Source of the DNA: Octopus vulgaris
Taxonomy: Eukaryota
Direction: 5' to 3'
Assembly (NCBI GenBank): GCA_951406725.2
Contig: OX597814.1
Span: 175,026,001 to 175,090,000, forward strand
Length of the DNA: 64,000 nucleotides
This document shows, piece by piece, positions 26,791 through 39,878 of the stretch (position 1 is the first letter of the stretch; each line of letters opens with the position of its first letter). The notes under the pieces were generated by a model. That model searched no databases. It saw only the letters and a program-made list of their open reading frames with translations, and was not told the origin of the DNA. The position numbers and the translations under genes are program-made.

Positions 26791-27334
26791 GCTGCTTCAC
26801 ACAACTGTTCTTGTTTGCACCTAAAACACCCACCCATCAATACACAGTACAAATTGTTGATCACATACATGCTTTCTCTTGTTTGCATATTCCATCTCTG
26901 TTATGACAGCCTCTGCATTTTGAAATAGCTAATTGTATACCATTTCAACCCAACATATCCAGTTCTCTCAACTACCCCTAGTCTTTGATTCAACAGTTTT
27001 TAAACCATAATGAAAAAATTAAAAGCACTAAATTTTTGGAAGTAGTTATAATGATAGAAAACAATTTAATGGTATTAGTAAATTAGTTTGATTCCATATC
27101 TTTACTATATTCAAGTACAGTAGTGTTGTCTGAATGCTGAAAGTATTGACATTTTGAATTAAGAATCATGAGTTCCAAACAGCTACCCAAATTTTGGGCT
27201 GGATATTCTAAAAGCAAAATTGTTTTGCTTTAAATTTTGAAGTTGTTTCTATCTTTGTGTAGTTTATTAAACACAATTATTTATTTCGTTTCTTTTTGCA
27301 GTTAATAGATCAAAGTCTTTAAATTTAATTATTT

Positions 27335-28951
27335 AGGGATGCCGCTAGTAAGGTGAGGGTTGGCAATGAGTACAGTGAAGAATTCCGGGTAGAGGTAGGG
27401 GTCCACCAAGGCTCAGTCCTCAGCCCCCTCCTATTTATCATAGTCCTACAGGCAATAACAGAGGAATTCAAGACAGGATGCCCCTGGGAGCTCCTCTATG
27501 CTGATGACCATGCTCTAATTGCTGAGTCACTATCAGAGCTGGAGAAATTTCAGGTGTAGAAGCAAGGATTAGAATCGAAGGGCCTTAGAGTCAATCTAGC
27601 TAAAACCAAAGTCCTAATAAGTAGGAAGGTAGACAAATCACATACGCTTTCAGGTAGATGGCCCTGCTCAATCTGTAGAAAAGGTGTAGGTAGAAACTCT
27701 ATAAGATGCACCAAGTGTAAGCTATGGACACATAAGAGGTGCAGCAATGTCAAAGGAAGGCTAACTAGGAAGATAGTTTTTGTATGTGGCAGATGCTCAG
27801 GAGCAATAAACACTGAAAATACTCTGAGACCAATTTCTGCCACATTCCAGGGAGAAAAACTAGAAATAGTTGATAGCTTCCGTTACCTAGGTGACCAAGT
27901 CAGTAGCGGGGGCGGGTGTGCTGAAAGTGTAACTGTTAGAGTAAGAATAGCTTGGGCAAAGTTCAGAGAGCTCTTACCTCTCCTGGTGACAAAAGGCCTC
28001 TTGCTCAGAGTAAAAGGCAGACTGTATGACGCGTGTGTATGAACAGCCATGCTACATGGCAGTGAAACATGGGCCGTGACTGTTGAGGATATGCGTAAGC
28101 TCGCAAGAAATGAAGCCAGTATGCTCCGATGGATGTGTAATGTCAGTGTTCATACTCGACAGAGTATAAGTACCTTGAGAGAAAAGCTGGACCTAAGAAG
28201 CATCAGTTGTGGTGTGCAAGAGAGACGTTTGCGCTGGTATGGTCATGTGGCGAGAATGGATGAAGATAGTTGTGTGAAAAAGTGCCATACCCTAGCGGTT
28301 GAGGGAACCTGTGGAAGAGGCAGACCCAGGAAAACCTGGGACGAGGTGATGAAGCATGACCTTTGAACTTAAGGTCTCACTGAGGAAATGACTAGAGACT
28401 GAGACCTTTGGAAGTGCACTGTGCGTGAGAAGACCCGGCAGGATAAGTGAGACCATAACCCGGGATGTGCCAGTCCACTTATGCATAGCTTTCCTTCTGG
28501 GGACACAAAACTCTACTTGTGAAGACCTATTGAGGCAAGTGAGAGTCGAAATCGATCAACATCAATGGATATTGCAGCTGTGATACTAGTGCCGGTGGCA
28601 CGTAAGAGAACCATCCGAACGTGGCCGTTGCCAGCGCCACCCCGACTGGCCTCGTGCCGGTGGCACGTAAAAAGCACCATCCATTTGTGGCCGTTGCCAG
28701 CCTCGCCTGGCCCCCGTGCCGGTGGCATGTAAAAAGCACCATCCGATCGTGGCCGTTTGCCAGCCTTGTCTGGCACGTAAAAAGCACCCACTACACTCAT
28801 GGAGTGGTTGGCGTTAGGAAGGGCATCCAGCCGTAGAAACATTGCCAGATCAGACTGGGCCTGGTGCAGCCTTCTGGCTTCCCAGACCCCAGTTGAACCG
28901 TCCAACCCATGCTAGCATGGAAAGCGGACGCTAAATGATGATGATGATGAT
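27335..28951 (+). mobile_element. RTE-clade LINE, 5'-truncated, lightly decayed
   Basis: GVHQGSVLSPLLF, LLYADD, GLRVNLAKTK, FRYLG, MLHGSETWA, RRLRWYGHVARM, GRGRPRKTW; a few stops and frameshifts; modular 3' UTR; (GAT)n tail. Confidence 0.96.
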
Positions 28952-29389
28952 AGTATAACATTCTCTTATGTTATTCAGTACTCATTGTAATCCATTTCAT
29001 TTAAATATTTTGTTATTGCATTCACATGTATTTAATAAGTATTTATAATGTTTCCAAAATGGCACATGAATTGTGAATGCTAGTACTGTAGGTACAAGTT
29101 TTATGACCTCTAATTTGCTGTTTAACTGCTTTGAATTTATTTAGCATTTCTCTGTCTAAAATAAATGAGAAATATTTCAGCTGATCTCAGAAAATTAGGT
29201 GCATGTTTCATGAAAAGCAGTCATATTGTAAACCATACAATGTCCAAAGTGAAAAGATATTTTAATTAAAGTACACAGTGAGTGTTTTTAGTCAATCCAT
29301 TTTTAGAATTGGAGAAAAGAAATCATTTAAGTGTCTGTTATTTAACAACCCAATGAGTTTAACCAGATTGATTTTCTCAAATGTCCCAG

Positions 29390-30268
29390 AGGTCCTAGAG
29401 GATCAAATTAGTTGTAGGGGAGGATGTACAAAAAGTGTAGTAGCTAGGAGTAAGTATAGGATAAAGAACATTCAGGGAGCTTTTATCTCTGTTGGCAATC
29501 CAAGATCTCTCTCTCCAAATGAAAGGAAGATTGTATGATGCATGTATACGAAAAGCAGTTCTACATGGTAGTGAGATTTGGGCCCTGAATGCAGAGGACA
29601 TGTGAAGGTTAGAGAGAAATGAGGTTAGTATCCTCCACTGGATGAGTAACGTTAGTGTACATGTGCAACTGCTAGTGTGTTGAGAGAAAAGTTAGGTATG
29701 AGAGGAACTGGATGCAGTGTGCAAGAGAGAAGACTCTGTTGGTTTGGTCATGTGATTCAGATGGATGTTGATAGCCTCATGAAGAATTATCAATTACTCA
29801 AAATAGATGGAACTCCTGGAAGAGGGAGACCCAGGAAGACATGAGACGAAGTACTGAAGGATGATCCTAGGACACTGAACCTTATGGAGGATATGACAAA
29901 GGATTGAAATATCTGGTGCCTTACTGTATTCAAGAAGACTCATTCTCCACAGCAGAAGTACTAATGCTGCTCTGCTTGCTGAAGAGGATTGGTCTGCAAG
30001 AATCCTGTGCTGGCACCACATAATAGTTCCCATACCAGCACCAGGTAAAAGCACCCATGCCAGTGTCACATAAAAGCACCTGTGCTGGTGCCACATAAAT
30101 AGCATCCAACACAATCTGTAAAGTGGCAGGCATTAAGAAGGGCATCCAACTGTAGAAACCAAACCAAATCAGACTGAAACCTGGTGCAGCCCTCCAGCTT
30201 GCCAGCTCTGGTCAAACTATCCAACTCATGCCAGTATTGAAGACAGATATTAAAAGATGATGATGATA
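29390..30268 (+). mobile_element. Older RTE LINE 3' portion
   Basis: GRLYDAC, VLHGSEIWA, RRLCWFGHV, GRGRPRKT remnants; 27-bp-spaced 3' UTR modules at about 30005-30105; (GAT)n tail. Another short copy at about 25450-25930. Confidence 0.85.
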
Positions 30269-31879
30269 ATTGATATGGAATATTCTTTTGCTGTTTAACA
30301 GAATAAGCACTTCAAATTGAAAGATTACATCTCACTTGTAATTGCTAATTTCAATGATGGTAATAATCAATGATGTATTGGACTTGTTGGTCGATATTCA
30401 CTCAAGTTCACAGTAACAGAAAAAGGTTTTTTGGAATTTCTTTTTCTTTTCTTTTTCTATTTTGTGTGCTGAAAGAATTAATTACCTTACAGAAAATAGT
30501 CATATAATTTTGAAAGTTAGATAAAATAGATGACAGACCTATGAAAAGGTGGAAAGAAATAAGATAAGGCAGATTTGTTGGTTGGATATATAATATTCAT
30601 TTGAGAGATAAGCCAAGTTCATTGGTGCTAAGTTGGTTTGATTGAGCATTAGTTATAAACTGCTAATGAGAAATGCAACATGATAGTGTGGAGAGGCAAT
30701 TAATATTTGCAAAGCATTTAACTAGGTTTAGCATGAAAATTATCTAGCTATGTTGCTTGTTTGTTTACACACATCTCTCATTTTTTTGGATTAGATGTTT
30801 CCTGTTTAGAGAACACTTGTGTAGAGTGTCAGTGGATTTTTCCCTGAGCCACATGCTATTGTCTCTGGTATACACTATTCCTTCAGTGTATGAATGACCA
30901 ACTTGGTGTTGTATACTGTTTCACCATTATTGTTTTAGTATCCATTTCCCATGCTTACATGGGTTGGACAGAATTTGTTGAGACAGATTTTTTATGGTCA
31001 GATGCCCTTCCTGTTGCCAACCCTTAGAAGTTTTCAAGTAATGTAATATTTGCTCATGACCAAACATGTTTTCATGCAAGATTGGAAATGGATATCACTA
31101 GCATGATGGTGATATTGTTTACAATTATCATACAATGCCAAGGGGAAGACAATAACACAGATACACACAATGAGTTTCTTTCAGTTTCCTTCTGCTAGAT
31201 CCACTCACAAGGCTTTGGCTAGCATGGGATTACAGTAGAAGACACTTGCTCAAGGTACCATGCAGCAGAACTGAACTCAGGACCAAATGGTTGGGAAGCA
31301 GACTTCTTACTACACAGCTATGCCTTCTTGATCATGTAGGCAAAGGCACCACATTCAATTTAAATACTTCACAGCAGACATGATCAGTTGTTAACCCTCT
31401 ATGAAGCTGAAGTAAGAACACTAAAGTACCACTTACATCTGAATGGGTAGTGCTGTATATCACTATACTGGGTCACATCCAAAAGTAGGCTGTTTGACTA
31501 ACAGAAAATTCACTCACTAATACACTTCAGCTGTCTACCAATACATTGATCCTTTTCTTTATTACTACAACAATAACTTCTGCTTCTCTGAACTAGTTGC
31601 TGCACATTCTTTCCTCTGTTCTCTCTTGTCTTTCACCCACCTATTATTTTACTGTCTCATATCATAAACCCTATACACAAGATGTTTTTTTCGTTTTTTT
31701 TTCAGTCCTTCCTTCCTAGAATTGTAAACTTTTAGAGAATCCACATTTTTCCTTGAGACTGACCTGCAGATGTTATAGTTGACATTTATTACGTCAACTA
31801 ATAGGTACATTCCAGAAGCTTTCTGACATTTTTCAGGAGATTTATTAAAATCAAAGAAGTATAAAATTCTAATCTCTGC

Positions 31880-32660
31880 CAAAATATGATACCCTGATTT
31901 TAATCCACTTGTGCATTCTGGCCACTTTGAGAAGGTCCCATAGAAGTCCTTCAAAGTAAAGGTGCTCAGGACCCTTGTCTCAAGCCTCCTTCATTTTTGA
32001 AATGACAGCTCCTCAGGTTCTTCTTTAGTTTGGGGGACAACCAAAAGTTACAGGAAGCAAGGCCCTGATTGTAGGGAGGATGAGGAACAGTCTTTATGAC
32101 CATCTCTGACAAATAGATGGTTACCAGGATGCTCATAACTGAGCAGCCTGGGAACAAACTTAGCGCAAATTTTTGCGCATGTTCATATATTTATGAATAA
32201 TTCTGTGTACAGTTGTCATACCAACTCCAAATTATATGGTTATTTTCTTTTAGATACAGGACAGTTTTCATTCAGAAAATTGTGAATTTTCTCAATCAGC
32301 TCTAATATTTTGATGTCTTTTTCTATCTCACACCTCATTGTCTCACTCCCTCTCTACCATTTTTTAACTTCTTGTGTCAGTAAAAAAGTTAATCCAAAAG
32401 TAGTCTGGTGCATTTCATAGTTTCTGTAATGTTTTTGTCCAGTTTAACACAAAACTTTATTGCATAGTAAGCTTCAAAATGTCCTGACTGCATTCTGAAA
32501 ACTAGTCAGCTGTGACTAGTGTGTGTTTAGTAGAATGTGTTCAAAGTGCTGTTACAACCATCTCCTTCAGTCTGGAATAACAAAAGTTGGCAGGTCAGCT
32601 TCTTAGATTTATAGTAATGATATGCTAAAATTACAATAATCTGGGACAATTATGACTGCC
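31880..32660 (-). mobile_element. Decayed mariner element
   Basis: TVPHPPYNQGLASCNFWLSPKLK matches the mariner HPPYSPDLAPCDFWLFPKLK motif. Confidence 0.65.
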
Positions 32661-33954
32661 TCTCCTAAAACCTTCTGGAATGTAACCTGTATATCAATCT
32701 TACCAGTTTCAGAAGAGCTATAATGGATATAATTACTGCCACCTTTCATCATCTTACTATCTTATGAAACAAAATTGTAATGGAGAACTAGTGAAGAAAT
32801 ATTACAAACTTGAAGCTTTTTCAGTAATCTTTATTCTTTAGTTTATCAGTATTGTAATATTATTGATTTATTATCTGATTTGAATTTGGAGACATCTACA
32901 ATAATAATATTTGTTCTAAAACATAAAATTTGTTTCAAGTTCTTAAAGCAAATTTTGGAGTTGATAAAATGCCAATGAATTCCTTGGCTAGACATGCCTT
33001 TCCCATACTTTGTCATATTAAGACTGTAGAAATTATGATTATAATAATAAGTTCATGAATTTTTTTTGCTTTAGTTTGTATTTGACTGGTTAACTGCTGA
33101 AACTAGATTATTTATATTTTTAATATTAGATTATGTTCTGTAAACCATTTTCATGTTTAAAAAATTTACCTCTAACAGATAATTAAAAATATTAGATTTA
33201 AGTATTGGAAATTTTATTAGTCCACTTGTTTTGGAATTGCATGTATTGAAAACAATGAAATGGAAAATGTTTTCAACCACTTCATATTGTGAATTAGCTT
33301 TTGTTACATTTTTTAATTTCACAGAATTTTTGAATTCATCTTCTGCTTCCAGGGATTTATTTGGTTGTAGATGATAATGAAATTTAGTTACATTCTTCTC
33401 AGTATTCAGGTTATCTCAGACAATGTCAGTACTTTGAATATGCTGGAAATATTTTATTTTACATTAGTAGATATTTTGAAGCATTGTAGTCTTCATAAAT
33501 TTTATTATAAATGTAATGCTTAAGTCATATACTTATTTTTACTATTAGCTCAATTGTGCTTTTTCTGGTAAAAGATTTTTTTTTTGGCAACAATAAAGTG
33601 AACATCTGCCTCATGAGCTATGTGTTTAAAACAAGTAATATAGTTGGTGGATTAGTATTTTTTATGACCCTTTCTCTAAAGTACTGATGTTGTGTCTAGT
33701 GAGAAGAAATCAATATCTATGTGAAGTAGATGATCAATGGAGATTGCTATAATAAAATTACTTCAAACTAAATATTTTATTGTATCAAGTTCAATATCTA
33801 ATTTTTCTGAGTTTAAATCATGCAGGTGTAAATACATGTACCAGTAATACATCTAGGACTAAAATACTTACAATTCCATACAAAAGCCAAAATTAATCTT
33901 GTGCATATGATAAGCAAGTATTATTCTTTAACATACTCTATTTTCATCTTCCAG

Positions 33955-34155
33955 CTCATATTCGAGATCCCAACAATGTCCTTCACTCAATACATAACTT
34001 GAAAATAACAGTGAAAGATTTGAACACACCTCCCCCACAACAAGCTGTTGCTCGGAAAATGATGACCGATACTGTAGCTAGTGCCCAGCCTCAGCTATTG
34101 GATGGCAATCAAAGAAATGTTATCTCTGTGGGTGATTATGATCTGCAGCTAAGTG
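33955..34155 (+). CDS. TRAPPC8: TRAPPC8 coding exon 2
   Basis: Acceptor ttttcatcttccag; (A)HIRDPNNVLHSIHNLKITVKDLNTPPPQQAVARKMMTDTVASAQPQ...VISVGDYDLQLS matches TRAPPC8 HMRDPNNQLHVIKNLKI...AGDYDLNIS; donor G|GTAAGT; 201 nt, phase 1-1. Confidence 0.95.
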
Positions 34156-35320
34156 GTAAGTTACAAAGTTATTATTACAAGGTGAGAGAGAGGTAGCATT
34201 ATAAAGGCTTTATACATCTCTGAATAATGAACTTAAGTAATTTAAGTTTTTAAATATGGTAATTTTTCATGGCTTATGTATAATATTGTACAACTATTTA
34301 GTAATCTTTTTTTATTTCTATTTTGATAAGTACAGAGAAGTCTGTACTTTCGCTGGAAAGGTCTGATGAGACTGGAACATGTCTAGACTTGTTTCTCACA
34401 TTTGCAGAAATAATAAAAATAATAATAATTATTGAACTAATGCTTTTTTTTGCCCTTAATATATACTTATTTTAAATTGTTTTTTTATACTCACTTTATA
34501 TATAGTTGAGTGTCTCACTGAATTGATTTCACTTACTATTCAAACTAATTTTGGTGTTTGTCCTTTCAAGATTATTGATTAAAAGAGATAATTTTTAGAA
34601 TGTCTTTGTTTTACCTCAGATTAGTCCTGATTGAGGAGACCTGTGATAAAAGGCATTTTCTAGGTAGTGTGTATTTAGGATTACATTATTCACTGCATGT
34701 TTTCCTTTGATAAGACAAGTGAATGTGAAAGGATGGATGGAGAATGATGATTTCAAGCAGATTAAGGAACTATGTAGAAGTTTCTTCTTTTGTTGACGTA
34801 GTTTTTAGTTTGTTGTTGAGCCCCAAATTAGCACTGATTAAGTAAACCTCTGATGAAAAGATTCCAAGTGTGATCAAAACAATATTTGAGATACATTGGG
34901 TGTGAAACAGTGATTTATCTAACTTATATGGTGATCATTCTCCTGAGTAGTATTCGAAGTCCATGTCGGTTGGTCACCAATTTATAACGATGTTGATTAT
35001 CTGGTTTATAATGGTTTTGACTTGGAAAAGATAATAAATATAGATGTTTATTGAGTAGGAATCTATGGTGATAAACCCGTCACTTATAACTTAATTATAA
35101 GTATTATCACTATACATAAATCTTAACTCAGGCTGTTAAAAGGCTGTGATGAATTATACACACCAAGATGCGGAACATGCATGTGTGTTGAAGATAAATA
35201 AAGCTCGCTCTTTTTCACTGCTATAAGTTTCATAGTTGCAGAAATAAATTTCATTAACAGGTTGAAGAAAATGAAGAAAGAGAAATTATTTACTAAATTA
35301 GTTTATTTAATTTCATTTAA

Positions 35321-37845
35321 CCCTTTAGTGTTCAGATTAATTTGTCAAATGTAATGCTTATCTGTTCACATGAATTTTGATTTATTCAGGTTCAAGTGGG
35401 GTGTCCACAATATTTGCTTGTAATTTTGTTAATTTTCTGCATATAGATTTGAAATTTTGTAAATGGGTGCTTATATGCCAGTGGTTTATAGTTACGTAAT
35501 TTTAGCTGATATTTCTGATTAAAAACAATAACATTATGAATAAACACTAAAATTCATATTCTTAATACATCTTACCTGTTTGATTTGTTACTAAAATTAT
35601 CCCAGATGTCAACTGCCAACAATTTTATATTTTTCAAGATGAGGTACATTATTTTGAATTAAAATACAGGTGTAATCGGTACAAGATTTTATTTTTCTAT
35701 ATTTCATCCAAACATTTTTATTGAAAATAAAGTACAAAACTCTTTTACTAGTCAATATACTATTGGCTTTGTACTCTTATACAATTTAATGAATTCATTT
35801 ACGTAACAAAATGCATCTAATAAAAAAAGCTCATTAACAGGTGAGACAAAGGTGAACACAGGTGTGTAACATACTGAAAATTAATATGCATTTCTCACTT
35901 TCAAATATTATTTATAATAAAATAAAAAGGAATATACAAAATAATACAGTTATGACATATTTCTGTCATGAAACTACCCAAAGCACCCTTTACACAAGGG
36001 CACTTCGCAAAAGGAACACATATATGAAGTCTTAATCTGATACCCTTTTTCAGTTTTTCTTTTTTGCAGTAAACACAGTCTGCAAACTTTTTTTTCTTCC
36101 ATTTATCTTTTCCACTTTATGAAAGTCAATATTTTCTCTGTTGATATCCACCTCAGTTAATTTTGCTTTTCTCCCAGTTCTGTACTTTCTAGAAGAAAAG
36201 CCCTCACGTGACTGAGATGTGATGTCAACCCAAAATTTCAAATGGTCATAGTCCTTTGGTAGCAGAGGTACCTTGTGGCTTTTTATATATACAATATATG
36301 AATTTACTACAGTTAAATTAACTAAAAACCACAAAATGTACCTCCACCATTTCTTCCTAATTCGACCAACTTGGTAATATGTCCAATATTGGTCAGATTT
36401 ATCAACCCCACCCATATATTTCTTATAGCAAATATTCACTAGGGGTTTCCCCTCAGCAATAACATCAGGTTGTTCATTAGAAGACAGAAATAAAATCTGT
36501 CTTGTCTTTGAAAGCAGTAGCTAATAAATTTTCTTTTTGCAATTGTAAAATGTCCACTCTTTTTTTTTAAAATTTTGTTTTCATTTCATGGGATAAACCT
36601 TTACGGTTTCCCATAACAGTACTGCACATGTAAGTGCTTACATAGGCAAGATTTTCTGCCAAAGCCACTGAAGGGGAAAAAAAAAACCCAATCAAAATAG
36701 AGGTGTTACTGTTGATGGTGAAATGGTTCAGTAAGAAACCCTACTACATCGTGTCCTAATCCATATGGTCTGTTTCCATTATATTTTTTTGCCTGTGTAA
36801 ACATCGAAGTTTACACAATATCCAGTGTCTGATTCACAAACTTTCCATACCTTGATCCCCCATTTAGTAGGTTTGGCAGGCATGTACTGCTGAAAATGTA
36901 CTCTGCTCTTATAGCCTATCATGGCTTCATCTACACTGAGATTTTTCCCAGGTAGATACAGTTTTATAATTATTAAAGAGTAAATCAATTACTGGACGTA
37001 CTTTGTGCAGAGGATCGTAGTTTGGGTCGTTTTTGCTGGGGGCATTAGCAGAATCAGTTAAATGTAAATACTGAGATATTTTTGAATACCTCGTTTTTGA
37101 CATTATACTTGAGATATGCAGATCATTATCAGGACTCCAGTAGTTCCACAGTCGAGGAAGCTGTTTAACACCAAACATAATATTGATTGTGAAAAACACT
37201 TTCATTTCCCCAGTATAAGTTGGCTTCCATAGTGGATCATTTCTTCCGTGAATAGAAATTATACGTTGCGCATATTTGTTTCCTCTGCAACATTTCCCAA
37301 AAAAAAAACTTTCTGGTAAAAATAAAAATATAGTCCAATGGTTGAGCATCAGGAGGTAAACTGTGTTGTGGACCAGTGTTTTCTATGAAATCGGGAATAG
37401 TGATTGGTGTTGTAATCTTTGACCATGTTGCCATGTTTATGATATCATTTTCATCACTTTCGTTCTCAAAATCTTCTTTGTCTGAATATTCACAAATATC
37501 GATATCAGATTCATCTGAAGACAAAATACTCTTGTTTTCATTTATGTTTTCTATATCGTCAAGAGTAAAACCTTCAAAGTCAGAATCGCTACTTGCTGAT
37601 GCCATTTCATTAAAAACTAAGGTACAGACTTCTCTTCAGATGTTGAAAAAAATCATGTAGTCTAAACAATTTCACAGTATTTATACTTGAATAAATGCAG
37701 GAAAGGCTTCATCTCGCATTATCTCAAAGCTATGAGAATTCAATGTGATTTGTTTATTTTTTTAGTGATTTCGTAGAGCAGTCGGATATGGCTGGCTTGA
37801 ACAAATAAAGAGGATTTAATTTTGGCTGGTTTGAACACTAAAGGG
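35321..37845 (-). mobile_element. piggyBac-family DNA transposon, complete ends
   Basis: TTAA TSD at 35317-35320 and 37846-37849; perfect 14-bp TIR CCCTTTAGTGTTCA / TGAACACTAAAGGG; 2525 bp. Confidence 0.93.
35950..37605 (-). pseudogene. piggyBac transposase pseudogene (PGBD4-like), frameshifted
   Basis: Acidic N-terminus MASASSDSDFEGF; LSVDEAMIGYKSRVHFQQYMPAKPTKWGIKVW; YMGGVDKSDQ...KKWWRYILWFL; C-terminal CRLC...CSFCEVPLCKGCF-x-x-FH Cys-rich domain; split over at least 4 frames. Confidence 0.92.
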
Positions 37846-38986
37846 TTAATATTTACAGTACATTTATAAGTCAAAAGAAAACTGTCGTAGAGGATTACAA
37901 CAAAATTTATATTAACTAATTCTTCCATACTAATCTACTAGAGTTTTACACCACAATTCAAAATACCCTTGTTGAATTAAGTAATAGATCTGGCATAAGA
38001 ATAGCCAATATCTCAGAATGAGTGTTGTGGAATCAAGTGACAACCGACGAACACTGAGAGTTAGTTGTGGAGTTGAGTGACAACTAACAAACACTGATTA
38101 ATCTCATAAAAATCAGGGTTTTTATAACTGCTCATACCTGAATTCTAAGAACCATATTTTGTGAAAGATTTCTCTGAGATGAAAGTTTAGAATTCAAATA
38201 TGGGCAGTAATTTTAACCAATAGGAAACTAACAATCATACCTATTTGGGTAACCTGACCATTACATCATATTACCACTGATAAAGGTTTATTATGACTTG
38301 CATCTCTACATAAGCCCTCAACCAGAAAAATTGTTAAAATTTTGCGAAAAAAAATATAATATAAAATTTCAATACATAGTTGGAATTAATATTTTAGTAA
38401 GTCAAATATACAAATTTACAAATGTATCCACATGTTAAATAAATGAAAATAACCACACATCACGGTTTTACAATAATACAGCGTTCTTGGAAGGGTTATC
38501 CAATTGTTCAATACAATTTCTATGGAAAAAAATTATAAAATCGTTTTAAAAAAAAAAAATTCCAAGAATATATTCAAACAGAGAAATTTTTTTGGAAAAT
38601 GTACAATTCTACCACTTCTAGTTTTCTTTTTGCTGGTAGGTGATTTTAAAATTGACTTGTGGATCTTTTCCTCAACCTTAAGAACTATGATGCATTTAAA
38701 GCCCATTTTCCATACTGGTGTCGGTTTGACAGGAACTGGCAAACCAGAAGATGGTGCCAAGGTCTATTGCCTACTTTGGTATAGTTTCTACAACTGGATG
38801 CCCTTCCTATGCTAACCACTTTTCAGATTGTACTGGGTTCTTTTTAGGTGGCATCAGTAAGGTCACCAAGTAACTTGCAAAATATCACACCTCAACTGAA
38901 GAGGGAGTAGTATTGAGGAGGTGGTTTTGTACCTTATGAGAGAGTATGATAGAGGGACAGAAACAGGTGTCTTGCTGTCAAGAAGA

Positions 38987-39878
38987 TATGAGGTGGTATC
39001 AAAAAGTTTCTGGACTAGTTCTGTAATGTGCCAACAGATGGCAGTACATAGTTGCATGTGCAGTGAGAGCTAGCAGTGTCCTTCATGAGGCAGTGTGCCA
39101 AATGACATCACAGGTGTTTACTTCGCAAGTTATGAAATTTGTGTTTTTGTGATCATGTATATGCTGTAGTTTACAATTTTGTAATGGACAGGAAGTTAGA
39201 GCAAAGAACCGATGTGAAATTTTGCGTTAAAATTTGGGAATTCTGGTACAAACATTGAGCATGCTTCAGCAAGCTTATGGTGATGAGGCAATGGGTTGTA
39301 TGCAATGCTTTGAGTGGCACAGGTGCTTCAAAAGTGGAAGAATATCTCTGAAAGATGATGAGTGATCTGGAAGTCCTGCCACAAGTGTGACTCCCAGAAA
39401 TGTGGTATTGTGCATCAAGAACTCATCCCCAAAGGCCAGACCATTATTCAAGAGTTCAGCTGTGATGTTTTGAAGTGTTTGAGGGAGGACATTTGGTGAA
39501 AGTGACTGGATTTGTGGAGTGTGAAGAGTTCGAGCTCTCCTCACTTGTGAGTTTCTTGCCAAAAACATGGCATTGCTTCCAAACCTGCACTATTTGCCAG
39601 ATTTAGCATCTGCAGACTTCCATCCATTCTCTAAGATGAAAATACAGCCCAAAAGTCACCATTTTAACACCATTGTCAAAATCCAGAGCAAATTGCAGAA
39701 GGTTCTTGACTTGCTTATGGAAAATAACTTCCAGGCCAGATTCCCAAAGTGGCAGGAACGCTGGGACTGGTGTATTGTTGCTCAGGGTGATTATTTCGAA
39801 TGCGAGTATGTTAAAACTTAGGAAAATAAGTTATTGTTTATTAAACATAACTAGTCCAGGAACCTTTTGATACTACCC
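38987..39878 (+). mobile_element. Internally deleted mariner element
   Basis: TIRs GGTGGTATCAAAAAGTTTCTGGACTAGTT / AACTAGTCCAGGAACCTTTTGATACTACC; remnants VKFCVK, FEWHRCFKSG, YLPDLASADFHPFSKMK, WQERWDWCIVAQGDYFE. Confidence 0.85.

Noticed and set aside
28589-28788. CRISPR-like repeat-spacer appearance (25-nt repeat, about 37-40-nt spacers)
   Set aside because: Spacers are homologous to one another, the array is the 3' UTR of a eukaryotic LINE, and there are no cas genes.
35140-35260. C-box-like GTGATGA suggesting an intronic C/D snoRNA
   Set aside because: No suitably placed D box (CTGA) or terminal stem.
35950-37605. Domesticated PGBD gene nested in TRAPPC8
   Set aside because: Multiple frameshifts and stops, with TIRs and TSD retained, indicate a dead transposon copy.
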